A DNA stretch of 63,672 nt, counting the filler, from Gonapodya sp. JEL0774 (Eukaryota), in assembly GCA_027604505.1 (NCBI GenBank). It is 55 parts of 55 records of this genome, joined end to end, with 100 filler letters (N's around TTAATTAATTAA, not from the genome) between each part and the next. Parts side by side here need not be neighbours in the genome. Positions count along the whole stretch, not along the records: positions 62,623 to 63,672 come from JADIIX010004059.1; 54 more parts are not named here. One strand, given 5' to 3'. The translations under genes and the position numbers were made by a program. The notes below the pieces were generated by a model. That model was given only the letters and a program-made list of their open reading frames with translations, searched no databases and had not been told where the DNA came from. Shown here piece by piece: positions 62,771-63,672 of this stretch (position 1 is its first letter; each line of letters starts with the position of its first letter).

Positions 62771-63672
62771 ATGGATTTTGCACTCACCTGCCCATCTGTG
62801 TCTTTCTACCCTTATGGCCCCACTGTCGTCTGCCCCATTATATTCCCCACCACCCCGTCCGATCCACCCCGTGCCAGCCTCGTGGTCCTCGGCTACCGCA
62901 CCCAACGCACCCTCTCCAACGGCACCATCGACCGCATCGACCGAAACGCCGTCTTCCACCTCGTAAAACGTGCCAGCGCGGACGGCCTGGTCCTCGACGA
63001 ACACTCGCGACGTCTGGAATCCGTCCAGGCGGTCCAGAACCGTGAACGGGAACGTAACCGGATCGCGAGCTTGTCCCTGGCCCCCGCCCCGAACCCAGGG
63101 TCAACATCGGCATCCACCACCAGCACCACTACCCCCGCATCCGCCCCGCTCCACTCCCCCACCCCACCCGCCCAAAGTACCTTGTTCCCCCTCCCCTCCC
63201 TCTCCATGTCCTCCCCCTCCGCCCCCAACAACGCCGCCATCACGTTCGACTTTGTGCCCAGCGGAAACTACGACATGTTCCAGGTCGGCAGGCACGACTC
63301 GGGCGCCAACGATTTCGTGGTGCCCGGGCGAGTCTACGAGGTCAACGACGCAGGGTCGTCGTCGGGGCAGGGGTGGGCTGGGCCGGGTGGGTCTCGAACC
63401 TTGGAATCATCATACACCATGCTTATCGACTCCCGTGCGCCACCTTTGTCTCCACGGGTCGATTCGCTCCATCGTGTCTTGTACCCCTCCTTCACCGATT
63501 CCCCTCCCCGTACCCCCAGTCTCCCGCTACTCTTTCCGCATCCTCTGCAACCGGCGGAACCCATCCGACGTCCGCATCTACGCCTCGGGGTTCAACGAGA
63601 TCAAGTCCATCTTCTTGGGACCCAGAGCGGTCAGGTGGGAGACGAGTGGGGGGGACGGTGAGAGTCGACCCT
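62771..63672 (+). CDS. PELI: Pellino-like protein, N-terminal FHA core
   Basis: LVVLGY, FHLVKR..ADG and DMFQVGR.....DFVV; after the intron at 63387-63519, VSRYSFRILC.R..P...RIYASGF...KSIFLG..A.RWETS. Confidence 0.88.

Overview
This window is not a contiguous locus. It is 55 unrelated short contigs (1067 down to 1050 bp, sorted by decreasing length) joined by an artificial 100-nt spacer (N44-TTAATTAATTAA-N44, stops in all six frames), so adjacency across spacers means nothing. The DNA is eukaryotic, with short GT-AG introns and fungal-type housekeeping gene fragments (SDH1, MRE11, CNB1, ARG5,6, SIW14, NAA30, SCP-x thiolase, GBF1/GEA, Dicer, YIP4). I infer an early-diverging, probably zoosporic, fungus. 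The notable items are: (1) an intron-containing Pellino FHA-domain gene; (2) EPG5-like and INTS3-like fragments, usually regarded as animal-type genes; (3) the p1 subunit of the MTA1 6mA DNA methyltransferase complex, head-to-head with NAA30; (4) extreme CpG depletion inside some long genes and CGA>TGA-type decay of a Gypsy integrase; (5) an intronless, virus-type D5 SF3 helicase and an intronless SPINDLY-like GT41; (6) a secreted catalase-peroxidase; (7) NLR-type near-identical TPR repeats with a tail anchor; (8) Plavaka and exonuclease-bearing transposon fragments. All family calls come from manual translation and remembered motifs, not database searches.
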